This document shows, piece by piece, positions 35,884-47,900 of a stretch of 64,000 bases of DNA. Both the position numbers and the translations under genes were made by a program. The notes under the pieces are model-generated. The model saw only the letters and a program-made list of their open reading frames with translations, had not been told where the DNA came from and did not search any database. Source of the stretch: a virus (taxonomy: Duplodnaviria; Caudoviricetes); IMG/VR virus record IMGVR_UViG_3300032319_001025, positions 32,001 to 96,000 of that record; one strand, written 5' to 3'. Position 1 is the first letter of the stretch. Each line of letters starts with the position of its first letter.

Positions 35884-37832
35884 TGAATTCACCAGTTTAC
35901 GAAATTAAAATGTCATCATCCGATTCGCATCAAACAAGCCCATCTTGGATGGTTTGTTTTGTTAGAAACAGCGAAGTTTCTATATCATCATCTTTGCCAA
36001 GTTTTCAAAATGCTTCCCAGAGAGGCTCTTTTAAAAATGATTTTATTGTTACCAAAAACGATTGTGTATCTATCAATATAACAAATTCTAAAAGTTCACC
36101 ATCTAAAAACTGTTCATTGGGAATGAAAGTTACAGACATTAATTATCAAAATGCGATAGCTGCTGGTGATTGGGTATTTGTTTGGATTAATAACAATGAA
36201 GAAAAAATAAACGAACTTTACGATATTTTATCTGGGTCAAAATTTGAAAATTTTAAAACTTTAACAGATGTAGGTTCTGGGTTAAAATTTTTTGGTAGGG
36301 TGCTAAGCGTATCAAGTTCTACAAACATATCTTCTAATGGTATTAAAACGGTATTTCAAACTATAAATTGTCAATCTTTTTTAGAATTAATGTCCTCTAT
36401 TTATTTTGCCTATACCTTAACAAGCCTTGCAAGTTTAAAAAATACTCAAGAAAATATTGCTTTTGATTTAAGAAAACAAACTATATTTAAAAATGCATCA
36501 GATGACTTTTTTAATACAGTTGCCGTTGGAAACGGTATCATAGGAAGACCTATAGATTTAGTAACTTCAGATTTTTTACTTTTTTTATTGGGATATCCAA
36601 ATTTTCTTGGTGAAACTCAAATATCTTTCTCAGAACCTATAAAGTTACCAAATTTTGTTTGTCAGGTTTTGGGAAGAGAAAATGCAAAAGAGGTATGGGA
36701 AATATACAGTATAATATCTGGTATACAAAAATATAAATCAGGAATTGCAAATAATTCTACAGATCTGATGGTTCCAGAAAACATTACTAAAGGCAGTAAT
36801 AACGTTTTATATTTAACAGATACCAGAACTTTAACAGAATATACATTTCAAAGACCTCCGATATGGACAAATGAAACATTATGGAACGTTTTAAGTCAAT
36901 TCCATGACAGTATGGTAAATGAAATGTTTTCAAGCTTGAGAATAAATCCAGAAGGTCAAATAGGGCCAGTTTTTACTGTACGCGAAAAACCTTTTAGTAC
37001 TGGATTAATAAATTTTATAGAAAAGGGTTCTCTACAGATTGGAATTAATTCTAGTCCAATACAAAAAAATACATCGATTTCATCTTCTAATCCATTTAAT
37101 AATGAAAACGATCAAAAAATTAATAATCAGTTGGATGAATCCCTAACAAAAAAAAGAACAATGTTTTATAATTTACCAAGATGGAAAATGCCGTTGAGTA
37201 TGGTAAAAAACTTAAATACTTATACATCAGATGGGGATAGGATTAATTTTGTTCAGGTTTGGGGGAGAAACGGCTCTGACTTAGCCTCTTCTTTAAATCC
37301 TGAAAGTAAAATTTCTTCTAGCATAACTAACTATAATTTTGTTGAAGACAGAAAAGATATACAAAAAAATGGGTTGAGGGCCGATGTATCCGTAACAAAC
37401 TTCCCTTTATTGCTTCAAACAAACGTTAATTTTTATACAGTGTGCGCCAAAAAAAGAGCAGATTGGTTATTCAATGGCCACTTAAAATTATCTGGAACTG
37501 TAAGCTGCTTCGGAATACAAGATCCTATAGCAGAAGGTGACAACATTGAAATAGACGGGGTTCTATACCATATAGAATCTGTTAATCATAATTGTTCCAT
37601 TTCTCCTGGCGGGATTAAAACTTTTAGTACAAATATTCAATTAACAAATGGATTAATTTCGAGGTTCTTAAATGATAGCCAGCCTCCCATATATCCATTA
37701 CAATTAGGTTTAACTCCAGAACAAAATAATATTAGTTTTAATAATAATGAAACTATTTCAAGTAAATTTATAAAAGAAAATCCAGGCACAATAATTCAAG
37801 ATAACGCAATATTAAGAATAGACGAGGAATAA
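35883..37832 (+). CDS. Baseplate hub / tail-associated protein
   Basis: Follows the tape measure; KFFGRV...; C-terminal SGTV...IAEGDNI...YHIESVNH, typical of hub (gp27/gpD-like) proteins. Confidence 0.65.
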   Translation: MNSPVYEIKMSSSDSHQTSPSWMVCFVRNSEVSISSSLPSFQNASQRGSFKNDFIVTKNDCVSINITNSKSSPSKNCSLGMKVTDINYQNAIAAGDWVFVWINNNEEKINELYDILSGSKFENFKTLTDVGSGLKFFGRVLSVSSSTNISSNGIKTVFQTINCQSFLELMSSIYFAYTLTSLASLKNTQENIAFDLRKQTIFKNASDDFFNTVAVGNGIIGRPIDLVTSDFLLFLLGYPNFLGETQISFSEPIKLPNFVCQVLGRENAKEVWEIYSIISGIQKYKSGIANNSTDLMVPENITKGSNNVLYLTDTRTLTEYTFQRPPIWTNETLWNVLSQFHDSMVNEMFSSLRINPEGQIGPVFTVREKPFSTGLINFIEKGSLQIGINSSPIQKNTSISSSNPFNNENDQKINNQLDESLTKKRTMFYNLPRWKMPLSMVKNLNTYTSDGDRINFVQVWGRNGSDLASSLNPESKISSSITNYNFVEDRKDIQKNGLRADVSVTNFPLLLQTNVNFYTVCAKKRADWLFNGHLKLSGTVSCFGIQDPIAEGDNIEIDGVLYHIESVNHNCSISPGGIKTFSTNIQLTNGLISRFLNDSQPPIYPLQLGLTPEQNNISFNNNETISSKFIKENPGTIIQDNAILRIDEE

Positions 37833-37844
37833 AAAGAGGTATTT

Positions 37845-38588
37845 ATGGAAGGCTTAGAATTAGGAAAGCTTTTGTTGGGGCAAGTAATAGAGGTACTGCC
37901 GCCAAGTGATGAAAGAAATTTTTATAAATATCAGCACGTTTATAAAGTAAAATTAAAGTTAGATCTTTTTGCCCAAACAAACTATTATTGCATTAAAACT
38001 GATGCATTTGGTTCTACAGTTAATTTTAAAGATGAAATATTAGATGTTGGTGCTAAAGTTTTTGTTACATTCTTAAATGAAGATTTTAGTTTTGGTATTA
38101 TTTTGGGCGCTAGCAGGTTCTTCCCTTCACCAACAGATTCCAGCTTAGGAAAACATACAAAAACCGTATTTAATGATGTAGAAGAACATGTATCTAAAGA
38201 AGGTAATTATTCTGTAAAATCGCTAACTACAGGGGTAAATGTTCAAGTAAATACTAAAAGTATAGTATTAGATGATGCATCTGGAGATAAAATTACAATA
38301 GATAAAGAAAATAAAAAAATAACTATACAGTGTGAAACATGGAGTGTAGAAGTTAAAGGTAATGCAACTATAAATGTTTCTAAAAATGCTGAAATTACAG
38401 CCAAAAACATAAACGTAACTGCAAACGGCAATACTAATTTAACTTCTTCTGGGGTGACGCAAGTAACAGCTTCATTAGTGCAGATAAACGGCGGATCTGG
38501 CGGCGTTATGACAGATAATTTAAACCCTGTTGTAGATTTTATAACTGGAGTTCCATCAATTGGTGTTCCAAACGTTAGATCTGGTTGA
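37845..38588 (+). CDS. Baseplate central spike (gpV/gp5-like)
   Basis: N-terminal OB-like region followed by beta-helix repeats (VEVKGNATINVSKNAEITAKNINVTANGN). Confidence 0.75.
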   Translation: MEGLELGKLLLGQVIEVLPPSDERNFYKYQHVYKVKLKLDLFAQTNYYCIKTDAFGSTVNFKDEILDVGAKVFVTFLNEDFSFGIILGASRFFPSPTDSSLGKHTKTVFNDVEEHVSKEGNYSVKSLTTGVNVQVNTKSIVLDDASGDKITIDKENKKITIQCETWSVEVKGNATINVSKNAEITAKNINVTANGNTNLTSSGVTQVTASLVQINGGSGGVMTDNLNPVVDFITGVPSIGVPNVRSG

Positions 38589-38594
38589 TTTTTT

Positions 38595-39278
38595 ATGCCA
38601 ATAATTGGTACTAAATTAGGTATTTTGATTAGGAAAAAAATGATAGAGAACATTTCTGCACTTAGCGGAAAAAGCCCCTCTGACCAACCTAATCCTGAAT
38701 ATTTTAATAATTTTTGTATTGGTCTTGGTAACGGTATAGCTAAAGAAACGCATTTAATTGTTTTTAAAACCGTTGATACTGGATTAATTAATCCTTTAGG
38801 CGGTACTGGTATCGGAACTGGAAAGGGCATTAAATTTAATAGTGATTACATGGTCAAAACGGCATACGAAAAGATACGTTCGGAAGTGATAAGGATGTTT
38901 GGGCATACAACCCATGCTCCATATCCGCCGCCAGCAAAAAATTCTGGCGAATATCTTGTGGCTATTTTAAAAGCTATAGCAGATTCCATAAAAGAGGTAT
39001 ATTCAACAGATTTAATTTTAAATTCAGTTCATTATCCAGTTTGTACTGGTATAGGTTTTATAAAAGAAGGCGGTTTTAGCGGCTTAGTAGAAATAAATAT
39101 AAAAAATTCAATAATTTCAATAATTCCGTCATTTAAAGGTGAGTTTTGGCCAAACTTTGCTGAAATTATTGCAAGCTCTTACGTTGATGCAGTACATAAT
39201 CATTCAACAGCTAAAGTCGTAATAGTAGGTGCTGGTGCGGCACCAGGTAAAGGCACTGGATTTGGTAAAGTAACTTAA
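38595..39278 (+). CDS. Putative baseplate structural protein
   Basis: Position; internal duplication ending in G.G.G.G. Confidence 0.45.
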   Translation: MPIIGTKLGILIRKKMIENISALSGKSPSDQPNPEYFNNFCIGLGNGIAKETHLIVFKTVDTGLINPLGGTGIGTGKGIKFNSDYMVKTAYEKIRSEVIRMFGHTTHAPYPPPAKNSGEYLVAILKAIADSIKEVYSTDLILNSVHYPVCTGIGFIKEGGFSGLVEINIKNSIISIIPSFKGEFWPNFAEIIASSYVDAVHNHSTAKVVIVGAGAAPGKGTGFGKVT

Positions 39279-39300
39279 TTTTATTAATATAGAGACATTT

Positions 39301-41886
39301 ATGAGCAATATTTATAACAGTGAAAATCCTATACCACTTGAAAGTGAACAAACGCAATCAGCCGCGCCTTTTATACAAGATCCGCAGGTTCCAACTGACA
39401 ATATCGACAAAGTATTAAATATTGAAAATGAAATAACTGAAAAAACATTAGTTAGCGATCTTTTTTACAATTTTGCATCAATAGACGGTTTAGACTTTAG
39501 AAAAATATATCCATATAGTTTTGTAATTTATGATGAAGAATCTGGTAGTGGCAGAGAAATATTTCTACCACTTCCGCCAAGCGCATTTACAATGGATATA
39601 CCATCCGCAACTCAATTAACGGTTACTTTAGGCGGTATAGTAGAGGAAAGCAACGGGGCACCATTAAGAACCATTAATATATCTGGAAGCACTGGAATAA
39701 TAAACTCCAAAGATTTTATATTGCCAATAGAGCAGGATGGTTTTTTAAAGCCAGACCCAGCAGGAGACAATAGGACCAGCGATTCGCCCGATGGTTCATC
39801 GTCAGATTTTTTAAGTCTTGCAACTGATTATGCAATTAAAACCGCTGTAGGAACAGCTTCTGGTGCTCTTTCTAACACATTAGGCCAACTTCAAAGCACA
39901 TATAATTCTATTGCAAACGCAATTCAAAAAACAGTTAGACCCTTTGGTGGTTCAATAAATTTTTATCCATTAAACAAGTCTGATAATGACATTCAGAAAA
40001 AAACTGGATTTTATTGGTTTCATTCATTATTGAGATTTTTTGAATATTATCTACATATTAAAAAAACTGAAGAAGGTAAGAAAATACGTTTAATCTTTAA
40101 CGTTTATAAAGATAGGCAGTTTTTTTATGTTACTATTAATAATTTTAGATGGCAAAAAATACCAGGTAGCATAGAGTACAACTACTCTATCAGTTTGACT
40201 GCATGGAAAAAGGTTCAGCCTAATACAATTAAACAAGGCGATTCTATTGTACCTGTATCCTCAAGCTTTAATATTTTTGACACTTTAAGACAAGGAATAA
40301 CAGGGGTCCGACAGATTGTTTTATCTTTGCAGAAAGTTTTTTATGCGGCTAATCAAGATATTTATGAGAACGTTCTAGTACCACTCAGCGAAATCAATCT
40401 TTTGATTAAAGACAAGGCTGGTTTATCTAAAACGTGTGGCGATTTCTTTGATCAATTTGAAAATGGATCGTTTAAAAATTCTGTTTCTAGATATGTCAAA
40501 TCAAATGAAGTTTTGTACAATGAATTAATTCAGGTAAGTACTAAAACTAATTATGTTTATGGCAGCCCTCAATCAAATAGTACCGCTTCTTTAGATAAAG
40601 ATAATAAAAATCTAAGCTCTAGCCAATCTCAAACCAATATTTTACCAGAGGACATGATTAAAAATCCTTATAAATATTGGAATTTTTATGATGAAATTCC
40701 CATAGATTCCTTACAGTTAGATCAAAAAACGAGAAGTGCGATTAATTCTAAGGTAAACGCTGTAAGAAGTTTTACTATTTATGACTTAAAGAAAAGGAAA
40801 GAAAAATTAGAATTATTTTCTAAAACTTTTTCCGAATCTGCTGTTAAAGACAAGGGCCTTAACCTGAATGAAGTCTCTCTATCTGCGCAGCTTAATAGCT
40901 TAATAATGATTTGTGACGTTTTAATTAACTATTACAAGAATCAGCCTAAAAACGTATCAAACGATTATTATAATTATTATGTAGATTATGCGGTTTCTAA
41001 TGGTCTAGATTTAACCAAAGCAAGATCTAAATTTTTTGTACCATTTCCAGTCGGAGTCACATTAGAATCTTTAGCGGTTCAATATTTAAAAGATGCTGGC
41101 AGATGGCTAGAAATAGCCGCCTTAAACGGACTAAAAGCACCTTATGTAGATGAAGAAGGCTTTGATTTATATTTAAAATCTAACGGCAATCAATCAACTA
41201 TACTGTTATCTACTAGAGAAAACTTATATGTTGGTCAAGTTGTTACGATTTCATCTGACACGGAGCAAAACAAAAAAATTAAAATCAAAGAGATAACAGA
41301 ATTTTCAAAAAATGAGTATCTAATATCATTTGAAGGGGAACTGGATTTATCAATATATAAGCTGCCTGATAATGCTAAAATACATGCTTATTTACCAAAT
41401 ACTGTAAATTCAGATATGTTGATAGCAATACCTTCAAACTCTACACCAATTAATCAAAACCAAGTAAACTTAGGTCCTGGGCTTGATCAATTAAATAGTG
41501 TTGCTCAAATGTCCAAGATAGATTTGCTATTAACTAATAATGGTGACATAGCATTAACTCCTGGCGGTGATATTAGAAGAGCGACGGGATTTACAAATCT
41601 TTCTCAGGCAGCAAAAATAAAGCTATTAACAAGACAGGGTTCAATGTTACATAGACCTAATTTTGGTAACCCTCTACAGGATGGGATATCAATAGCTAAT
41701 TTTGATGCAAAAAAATATTTATCTCAACTAAATCAAACATTTGGTCAAGATCAAAGATTTACTGGTATATTATTTAGTAATATAAAAGTTGCAGGCCCAG
41801 CCGTTGACGTAACCTTGTTGATAGGTACAAGTAATGCTGGTGTCAACCTGCCAATTACTACAACGGTTCCAATTAGCAATGTTTAA
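39301..41886 (+). CDS. Baseplate protein: tube-initiator-like N-terminus, LysM-like segment, gp25/gpW-like C-terminus
   Basis: TLESLAVQYLKDAGRWLEIAALNGL (LysM-like); LLTRQGSMLHRPNFG (gp25-like). Confidence 0.7.
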   Translation: MSNIYNSENPIPLESEQTQSAAPFIQDPQVPTDNIDKVLNIENEITEKTLVSDLFYNFASIDGLDFRKIYPYSFVIYDEESGSGREIFLPLPPSAFTMDIPSATQLTVTLGGIVEESNGAPLRTINISGSTGIINSKDFILPIEQDGFLKPDPAGDNRTSDSPDGSSSDFLSLATDYAIKTAVGTASGALSNTLGQLQSTYNSIANAIQKTVRPFGGSINFYPLNKSDNDIQKKTGFYWFHSLLRFFEYYLHIKKTEEGKKIRLIFNVYKDRQFFYVTINNFRWQKIPGSIEYNYSISLTAWKKVQPNTIKQGDSIVPVSSSFNIFDTLRQGITGVRQIVLSLQKVFYAANQDIYENVLVPLSEINLLIKDKAGLSKTCGDFFDQFENGSFKNSVSRYVKSNEVLYNELIQVSTKTNYVYGSPQSNSTASLDKDNKNLSSSQSQTNILPEDMIKNPYKYWNFYDEIPIDSLQLDQKTRSAINSKVNAVRSFTIYDLKKRKEKLELFSKTFSESAVKDKGLNLNEVSLSAQLNSLIMICDVLINYYKNQPKNVSNDYYNYYVDYAVSNGLDLTKARSKFFVPFPVGVTLESLAVQYLKDAGRWLEIAALNGLKAPYVDEEGFDLYLKSNGNQSTILLSTRENLYVGQVVTISSDTEQNKKIKIKEITEFSKNEYLISFEGELDLSIYKLPDNAKIHAYLPNTVNSDMLIAIPSNSTPINQNQVNLGPGLDQLNSVAQMSKIDLLLTNNGDIALTPGGDIRRATGFTNLSQAAKIKLLTRQGSMLHRPNFGNPLQDGISIANFDAKKYLSQLNQTFGQDQRFTGILFSNIKVAGPAVDVTLLIGTSNAGVNLPITTTVPISNV

Positions 41887-41916
41887 ATTGTTGATTTAAT
41901 TGTTTTTTTTGGTTTA

Positions 41917-41925
41917 ACTTAATAT
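41917..41925 (+). promoter_or_regulatory. Candidate late promoter variant ACTTAATAT
   Basis: Upstream of the gpJ-like gene. Confidence 0.45.
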
Positions 41926-41958
41926 ATTAAATATAAGTACAATTTATTTAGGAAGTAG

Positions 41959-44900
41959 ATGGCTAATTTACCTCAACTTGTTACGAGAGAACAGCTAATA
42001 GGTCTTATTGTTGATTCAATGCTTTCCAGGCTTGAAGACGTAAACGATCTAAATCCAGGCTCAACTCTTAGTCAGATTGCTGAATCAGTCGGTCAGGTTA
42101 TGTACAAACCTTATGCCGATGTTATCAGTATGGTTGACGCTTTATCTGTTGATAGAGCGATTGGCGAAGCTCTACAGCGGCTAGCATTAGATAAGAATGT
42201 ACCAATTTTTCCAGCACTGCCTTCTTCTGGTAACATTAATATAACCGATTTAACATTTAGCAAAATTCAAAGCAGCGTCTACTCTGGTCAGCCAGCTCCT
42301 GTTGCTGGTTCTTTAGTGGTATATGTTTCTGACGCATCGCAGTTTTTATCTTCTGGTACTATATATATAGGAAGAGGTACTGACAATTCGGAAGGTCCTC
42401 TAGCTTATACATCCATAACTCCACAATCTGGTGGAACATATTATGCCATAAATCTAAGCCCGACTTCTCCAACTGTTAAATTTCATAATATTGGCGAAAC
42501 TGTAGTTATGGGGCAGGGCGGCAATAGAACTATTCCTGCTGGAACAATAGTTCAAACACCTCAAGGGCAATTAAGCACTAGCGTTTCGTTTTTTACTACT
42601 TTGCCAGCAACAATACTAGATGGTGAAGTAACCGTTGAGAACATACCAGTAGTATCGCAACAAACTGGAACTATTGGAAACGTGCCAAAAAATGCGATTC
42701 AATTAGTATTAAATTTAGGATTCTCTGCGTCATCCACAAATCCATTACCGTTTACTAATGGTAGAGATGCTGATTCGGACGAAAACATCAGGCAAAGAAT
42801 TAAAGATTACGAACAGTTAAAAGCTAAAGGTACTTCTGAATCAATAAGAGCCGCAAGCTTAAACATTACATCGCCAGATGAACTTAAAACCACCACATCA
42901 AGTAGCGTTGTTAATTATTCTGACACCAGTGCAGCACTTGTATTTGATGATGGCACAGGATATGAACCTATCTTTACTGGCGTTGGACTCGAGACTGTTG
43001 TAGCAGAAGCTCTGGGCGGAGAAACTAATTTACAATTAAGAAACATCCCAATAGCTCAAGCCAGATTAAAAACAGACGTAGGGTATCCGTATAGTGTTCC
43101 AGACTTGTACAGCTTAAGTGTTTCTGTTAATGGCGTTGCAACGACGCATCAATTTAAAAGTTCCGATTTTAAAGTAGCAACTGCAGCTACAGCATTAGAA
43201 GTTGCTTCATCAATTAACGCAAATGCTAATATAAACTTTTCCGCTAATACTTCAGATGGCGGCAAAAATGTTGTTATCTTTCCGAAAGATCCAACATTAA
43301 ACAATATAAAGGTCAATACCTTATCAAGCAATGACGCAAACTCATATTTAAAATTCCCAACAGACAATGAAGAGTTTACGTTAAGGCTTTATAAAAACGA
43401 TGAGCTTTTATATCAAGATGGTTTACCAGCCCAGCTTTATACCAAATCTAAATCTCTGTGGTCAACTGGTATTATACCTAATGATACATTGATATATAAT
43501 GTTGACAGCACACAAGATATTACAGTAACGCTGACAAATATAAATTTTCAAAGAATTAATCCTACATCTACAGTAAACTCAACTGAAAGCATTGATATCT
43601 GGGTTGAAGTATTTAATAGCTTGATGCCTGGAGTAACAGCTTCGGTTGATGGAGATAAAATAAAATTTGCTAGTAACAAAGGGCTAAATGATTTAGCCAG
43701 AATAGAAATTGTTGGCGGTACATTAGCAAGCAAGATCTTTGACACAAGTGCAGCATTGATATCAGAAGGTCAAAGTTCCGATTACACATTAAATAGAAAT
43801 ACTTCGCAGGTAGGTCTCTCAGTAAGCGTACAAGAGGGAGATTCTATTACAGCAGGCTCTAAATTTACAAGAGCTAAGATTTTAAGTACAAGCTTGCCTA
43901 ATGGTGTATCAACTAGTGGAAACTTATGGTTTATTTTAGATGGAGGCGCTGAAGTAATTCCAAGCGGTATTAGGGGTACAACACAAATTAAGTTTACTTT
44001 GTCTGGAACCACAGTAACTCTTAATGGCAGAAACATACTCAACACATCTATAGCTGAAGGTTTTGAAAGCGTTAAAGCTGGCGACTGGATACTCGTTTGG
44101 ACAAATGGTTCAGATGGTCTACAAACTAATCCTGGATTCTGGCGAATTGAAACAGCAGAGACTGGTCAGCTTACTTTTAGTAATGCTTTAGGTGCTACAA
44201 CTGGATGGATAACGAATCCACCAATTAATAAGATTTTATTTACTAGAAGTCTAGCACCAATTCAAAAGGTTTCTTACACAGGGCCAGCAACTTTAGCTTC
44301 TTTAGAATCTCAAATCAGAAGTCAGCTTTTAGGTTCAAATGTAGATGCTGTTGGTAGCAAGCTTAGAATATCAACTGCTACATTAGATAGCACTGGAGAA
44401 ATACTTTGCATAGCTGCAGATGAGAGCGCAGCGTCATTATTGTTAACTACTGGAACTGTAATCAAAAATACAACTTCACATGTAGGCTTTAATATAACAG
44501 ATGATTTAAATTACGGTATACCTTCCTTTACTCATGATACTTTATCAGCTTTAAATTTAGCTACTTCTGAATTTACTCCAACATTAGACTACATAGATTT
44601 AAATGGCGATACTTTTGATTACATAGAATTTTTAGATAAATTTAATACTGCGAACGAATCTAACGTATCTGAATCAAACAAGAATAGAAGAATTTTTGTT
44701 AAGAATTACGACAGTTTAACTGGCGCTGTAACTGGTTTAATTCCAAATTACATGCAGACTGGCCAAAGCATCCCTCAAGTTAGTGATAGATTCTTTTTAA
44801 GGAAGTCATATCAATTTGATTGTGAAGACACAGTTAATGTTACGATTGATGGGAACTCTGAAACTAAATACTATTCTTTACCAGTTTCAAGGAACTTGCT

Positions 44901-47900
44901 AGTTAGCAACGCAATAGTCCCAACCACGACATCTTTTAGTGCTGACGATGCTCAATCCGATTTAACTTTAAATGATGTAAATTCGTTTAACGGTTTTGAC
45001 TTTGCAGATTTCAAAGTTTGGAGAAAAGCCCATTACAATATTACAAATATAATAACTGGGCTAGATATTAATGTTCATTCTGCTAGCTTTGGTCCATCTG
45101 GCAATCTAACAAGATTCGGATTTTTATATCCAACAGATACCACTCAAACAAGTTTATCGTACACTATTGATGTAAGCGATACTGTAGATATCGGAATCGT
45201 TTTACCCGTTAAAGATTTAAGATTACCCACGTGGGATGGCACCAGTGCATTTACTGTCTCAGTATTGCCTGGTGTCAACGGTGAAGAATACGTAACCTAT
45301 CAATACAGAGTTGGAACCCAACCTAGTTTTGTTACCACATCTAATGTTAGCACAGATGATATAGTAATGATAAGCGGGTATTCAGATTTATTAAATAATA
45401 ATAAAGATTTAACCGCAATTGTAACTTCCGTTACACCAACATCTTTTACTATTAAACGACAAATAGGTTCAGCTACAAGCGATGCTTTAGCTTTTGATTC
45501 AATCGATATTGACGGAACTGTATCGGGCGGATTTCCATCTGGCAAAATCACTTTGACATATAGCGGCACACATAATATATCAACTGGTAACAGAATCGGT
45601 CTATATGATACAACAGCATTATCATTAAACCCGACTTCAAGACCAGCTAATAGTACGTATTTCGTATCAAGTGTTTCAGGCTCTACAATCATTGTGCCTA
45701 TCAATACATCTATTCCAGGCGGTACAATAACAAGTGCTACATTAAACGGTGCGACATTTAAAGTTTACACAAATGTCACTAACTTAGCCGCTGGTGATTT
45801 AATTAAGTTTAGAAATATTGGTGCAAGCTTTTCAAATAAAATTTATCAAGTTTCAAACGTTGGTGTAGGATACTTTGAATGTACAATAAATAACACTGCT
45901 GGAACTTTTAGTATTGTTGCTGCAACACGTTATGATTTCCAATCTTACGGTGCAGACGTAACCAATGCTTCAACGATTTCATCCGTATCGAGGTCTGGAT
46001 CAACAGTAACGGTAACGTTATCTGCCGCACCGCCATACACACCATCAACTGGTGATTTAGTACAAATATCTGGATTAAACGTTCAGGATTGGAGTAGTGT
46101 CACAACTTATGTTATAGGCGATGTCATAGAGTATAACTCTTTATTGTACAAATCACTGCAAAATGCAAACCTAAATAATCCACCAGACATAAGCCCAACC
46201 TTCTGGACCTTGACGGATGAAAATCTTGAGGGCGTATTCATAGTAACAAATACTGGCCCGTTAACATTTACCTATAAGTATAGGTCAACTGCTGGATCTT
46301 CTTCTGCTACTGGCGGAACAGCTACAAAAATGAAATCTGTAGCTAAGCTTGCTAGATGTATTGGCGGAAGCTCGAGTTACTTACAAATCATGTCAGTAGG
46401 CGCTACAGCGCAAGAAATTATTGACTATGTAGCTAATAATATTAGCGATATCATTTCTATTACAAATGTTACTGGCGGTAGCACAAGCGCAACTGTTTCA
46501 GTAAGTACTGAAAACTCTTCACAATACTTAACTGGTAATATAACAAACTATAGAACAACCAAAAGCTCACGAAAAGTTGTTTTTACTACTTCTGCAGTAG
46601 TACCAAAAGGAAGCACAATAACTGTTTCTGGCATTTCATCGGATTATAATAAGACTTATACAGTATTAGATAGCGTTGCTTCTGGCGGCGGAAGCTTGAT
46701 AACTTGCCAGTCAGAGAAAACAGCAGCTACAACTGGAAACAATGCGGTTGCTGGTACATATCTTGGAACCTTACCGTATGTAATGTTATATGACGGTGCA
46801 AATAGCATTTCGACTAGCGATTTAACAATTAACCCACAATTCAATTTAAAACAAGCTTGGACCGATGCTCCTGAAATTGGCGAAGAGCTTTGTATTGTCG
46901 CAGCGAATAAAGAACATCTATATCGTTTTTGGAATAGACTAATTGTTAGCGGTATTAAAAACGTAGCAAACGTAGAAAACCCAAAATATAATGAAGAGTT
47001 ACAAATCTCTAGTCAAAAATTAGGTACTGAAGGCTCGGTTGAAGTTTTAAGCGGAACAGCTAATTCAGCAACTGTAGCTTTAGTCGGTTCTGGCAAATCG
47101 CAAAACAATAGATTGGGCCTAATAACTATCCCATATCAATTGCGTCAAGGTTTAGTACCAGGAAACTGGATATCGTTAAGCCAAACAATTCAAGAGAAAA
47201 AGACAAACGGCTTTGATGATACAACTGTAATTAGTGTTTCAACTACATCTTCTATAGCTACTGTATCTATTGCATCTGGTTCTGGACAATTTATAACAAA
47301 ACGCAGTACTAGTATAAATAATACTACAGTCTTTAAAGTTGAGCGTCACGGTAATTTCACAGCTTTCGTTAAAATTGATGGAACCTCACCTGCATTATAT
47401 ACCGCAGGGGTTCAAGAAGGCGACTGGGTAAGAATCGCAAACGTTTTACCTCAAACATGGAATATCGGAAAATCATATATAGTTGGAAATAAAGTAAAAT
47501 ATGGTATTTCTGAAACAAGATATGTATCTATCCAAAATGGTTCTGGACAACAGCCAGACATTTCGCCAGCCTATTGGAAACAATATAGCGATTATTCAGT
47601 AAACCTATCTTATTCTACTGGTGATTACGTTCTTTATAGCGGAAGGTTATGGATTGCTTTAGCTTCTAGTACGCCAGCTTCCCCAGTTATTCCAGGAAAT
47701 GACGCAACGGTTTGGAAGAACTTTGAGTTTGATGTTGGTAATGCTGGTGTATATCAAGTTGTTAGAGTTTACAATCAAGATACCTTCTGGGTAGAAGGTG
47801 ATTTGGTTGAAGAAGTCACTCAAATACTAGACCCAGCGGATATGACTTTTTATAGTTATGATTCAATAATGCCTGGAGATATCTTAGTTGTATCTGGTGA